Assembly: GCF_000025945.1 (NCBI RefSeq)
Contig: NC_006138.1
Location: 930,001-962,000, forward strand
Length of the DNA stretch: 32,000 nucleotides
Direction: 5' to 3'
Source: Desulfotalea psychrophila LSv54
GTDB lineage: Bacteria > Desulfobacterota > Desulfobulbia > Desulfobulbales > Desulfocapsaceae
Both the position numbers and the translations under genes were made by a program. The notes below the pieces were generated by a model. The model saw only the letters and a list, made by a program, of their open reading frames with translations. It was not told the DNA's origin and did not search any database. Shown here one piece after another: positions 30,494-32,000 of this stretch. Positions within the stretch are counted from its first letter, which is position 1. Each line of letters starts with the position of its first letter.

Positions 30494-30658
30494 TCCCACT
30501 TTTCAAAAATGAAGAATTGTTGGGAATAGGCGATTTCCTAAGCAATGACCTGTACTGCTTGCTTTAGGCTTGCAGTTTTGTTTGTTGCGTGGGAAACTGA
30601 AGTACGCTTTTTTCTGAGAAATAGCCTGTATTCTGTAAAATAATAAGAGGAAGTCGAA

Positions 30659-30796
30659 ATGAGTAAAAGAACTTTTCAGCCAAGTAACATCAAGCGTAGT
30701 CGTACCCATGGTTTTCGTGCGCGTATGAGCACCCGTGCCGGTCGTGCAATTCTTAACGCTCGCAGAGCTAAAGGACGTAAGAGACTTTCTGCATAA
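30659..30796 (+). CDS. rpmH: 50S ribosomal protein L34
   Basis: [45 protein letters not shown] (45 aa); too short for the supplied ORF track. Confidence 0.98.
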   Translation: MSKRTFQPSNIKRSRTHGFRARMSTRAGRAILNARRAKGRKRLSA

Positions 30797-30797
30797 T

Positions 30798-31160
30798 TTG
30801 GAAAGGTATCGGCTTCCAAAGACTGCCTTTGTTCGTAAAGGGTGGGAGTATGATGCGGTATATCGTGGAGGACGTCGCCTGCATGGCGTTGGTTTCACCA
30901 TTATTTACCTGCTGAACTCGACGGAGAATAATAGGTTAGGGATAAGCGTTCACCGTAAGCTTCGGGGAGCCGTTAAGCGCAATCGGATTAAGAGAATAAT
31001 TCGGGAGTGTTTTAGGTTACATCGTGATATCTTTCCTCAAAAAGCAGATATAGTTTTTGCTGTTCGTCCTGGGTTTGCTCTCTCTTCACCCGAACAGATT
31101 CGACAGGCAGTTGGGTCTCTTTGTGGTACTCCCTGTGGTGTATGCAATGAAAAAGCCTAA
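30798..31160 (+). CDS. rnpA: Ribonuclease P protein component (start uncertain: TTG 30798 or GTG 30735/30744 inside rpmH)
   Basis: [25 protein letters not shown] and [28 protein letters not shown]; located between rpmH and yidD. Confidence 0.9.
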   Translation: MERYRLPKTAFVRKGWEYDAVYRGGRRLHGVGFTIIYLLNSTENNRLGISVHRKLRGAVKRNRIKRIIRECFRLHRDIFPQKADIVFAVRPGFALSSPEQIRQAVGSLCGTPCGVCNEKA

Positions 31161-31383
31161 TTTTGCACAGTTACCCCGATTATTTATATTAGGGCTTGTC
31201 AAAGTCTACCAATACTGCATTTCTCCACTTTTTCCCCCAACGTGTCGTTTCACGCCCTGTTGTTCAACATATATGATTCAAGCAGTTGAAAAACATGGTG
31301 TGATACGAGGTGTTGCACTTGGCCTTTGGCGTATACTCCGCTGTCATCCATTTTCTAAGGGCGGCTATGACCCTGTTAAATGA
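31147..31383 (+). CDS. yidD: Membrane protein insertion efficiency factor YidD
   Basis: Likely ATG 31147 ([51 protein letters not shown]); C-term [11 protein letters not shown]. Overlaps the rnpA end by 14 nt. Confidence 0.95.
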   Translation: MKKPNFAQLPRLFILGLVKVYQYCISPLFPPTCRFTPCCSTYMIQAVEKHGVIRGVALGLWRILRCHPFSKGGYDPVK

Positions 31384-31441
31384 GCCGACTTAAACTAACA
31401 CAATCGAATTCTGCGTATTCACTGCGTAAGAGAACCTAACT

Positions 31442-32000
31442 ATGGAAACCAAAAGAGCCCTTCTTGCGATTGTTATCTCGTTTGCCATTCTATTTGGCTA
31501 TCAGTATTTCTTTCCTGGTCTTGATCAGCCAGTCCAAACTACTTCAGAAACTCAGACCACTGTAAATGGTACTTCTGCAAAACAGGCAGGAGCTATACAA
31601 GAAATTACTGCTCCAGTTATTCCCGTTGTCGCCTCCGCAAAATACGATCGTGTTCCACGTGATATCGTTGTTGATACAGATCTCTATACCGCAACAATTA
31701 GTGAAGCCGGCGGTGCTCTGAAAAGCTTTGTCCTGAAAGAGCAAAAAGAGACCAATGCTGAAGATTCTCCAGGTATGCAACTGGTTAACAATAGCAAGAC
31801 GGATGGCTATCCTTTGACGTTCTCCTGGGGTGGTGCCGCTCCTTCTAACCTGCTCTATACCAGCCAGGATAGCGAGGTACGTTTTGGTAGCAACGGTAAG
31901 GCCCGCCTTATTATGACTGCCAAATCATCTACTGGACTTGTTATTGAAAGGGTTTATACCTTTGATAAAAAGACCTATCTCTTTGATCTCGATGTTCGTG
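31442..32000 (+). CDS. yidC: Membrane protein insertase YidC, 3'-truncated by the window edge
   Basis: METKRALLAIVISFAILFGYQYFFPGLDQP... DIVVDTDLYTATISEAGGALKSFVLKEQK; open to the end of the window; position after rnpA-yidD. Confidence 0.94.
   Translation, partial: METKRALLAIVISFAILFGYQYFFPGLDQPVQTTSETQTTVNGTSAKQAGAIQEITAPVIPVVASAKYDRVPRDIVVDTDLYTATISEAGGALKSFVLKEQKETNAEDSPGMQLVNNSKTDGYPLTFSWGGAAPSNLLYTSQDSEVRFGSNGKARLIMTAKSSTGLVIERVYTFDKKTYLFDLDVR

Overview
The window (about 32 kb) reads as a chromosomal segment of a sulfate-reducing Desulfobacterota-type bacterium, possibly Desulfotalea-like; that assignment is inference from protein flavour only. Most of it is housekeeping sequence: a truncated Na+-dependent (SNF-type) transporter, alaS, an F1Fo ATP synthase cluster (b', b, delta, alpha, gamma, beta, epsilon, with no a/c genes in the window), mutS, a HIT protein, a YfcE-like phosphoesterase, an FMN alpha-hydroxy-acid oxidizing protein, a rhodanese, efp-epmA, a YgiQ-type radical SAM protein, nhaD, a SulP transporter, a beta-carbonic anhydrase, lgt, mnmG, a methyltransferase, and rpmH-rnpA-yidD-yidC. 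The most unusual part is the roughly 2 kb gene-poor interval 10.83-12.83 kb between atpC and mutS. It holds two tandem copies of a composite module: a ~42-bp degenerate repeat array, a conserved ~220-bp structured block A, an unrelated variable interior, and a conserved ~139-bp block B. The second B copy ends at the mutS stop codon. A second notable element is a ~181-bp imperfect-palindromic, MITE-like unit at 19843-20023 between convergent epmA and ygiQ, whose end sequences overlap both stop codons. I found no convincing CRISPR array, tRNA, rRNA, retron or defense system.
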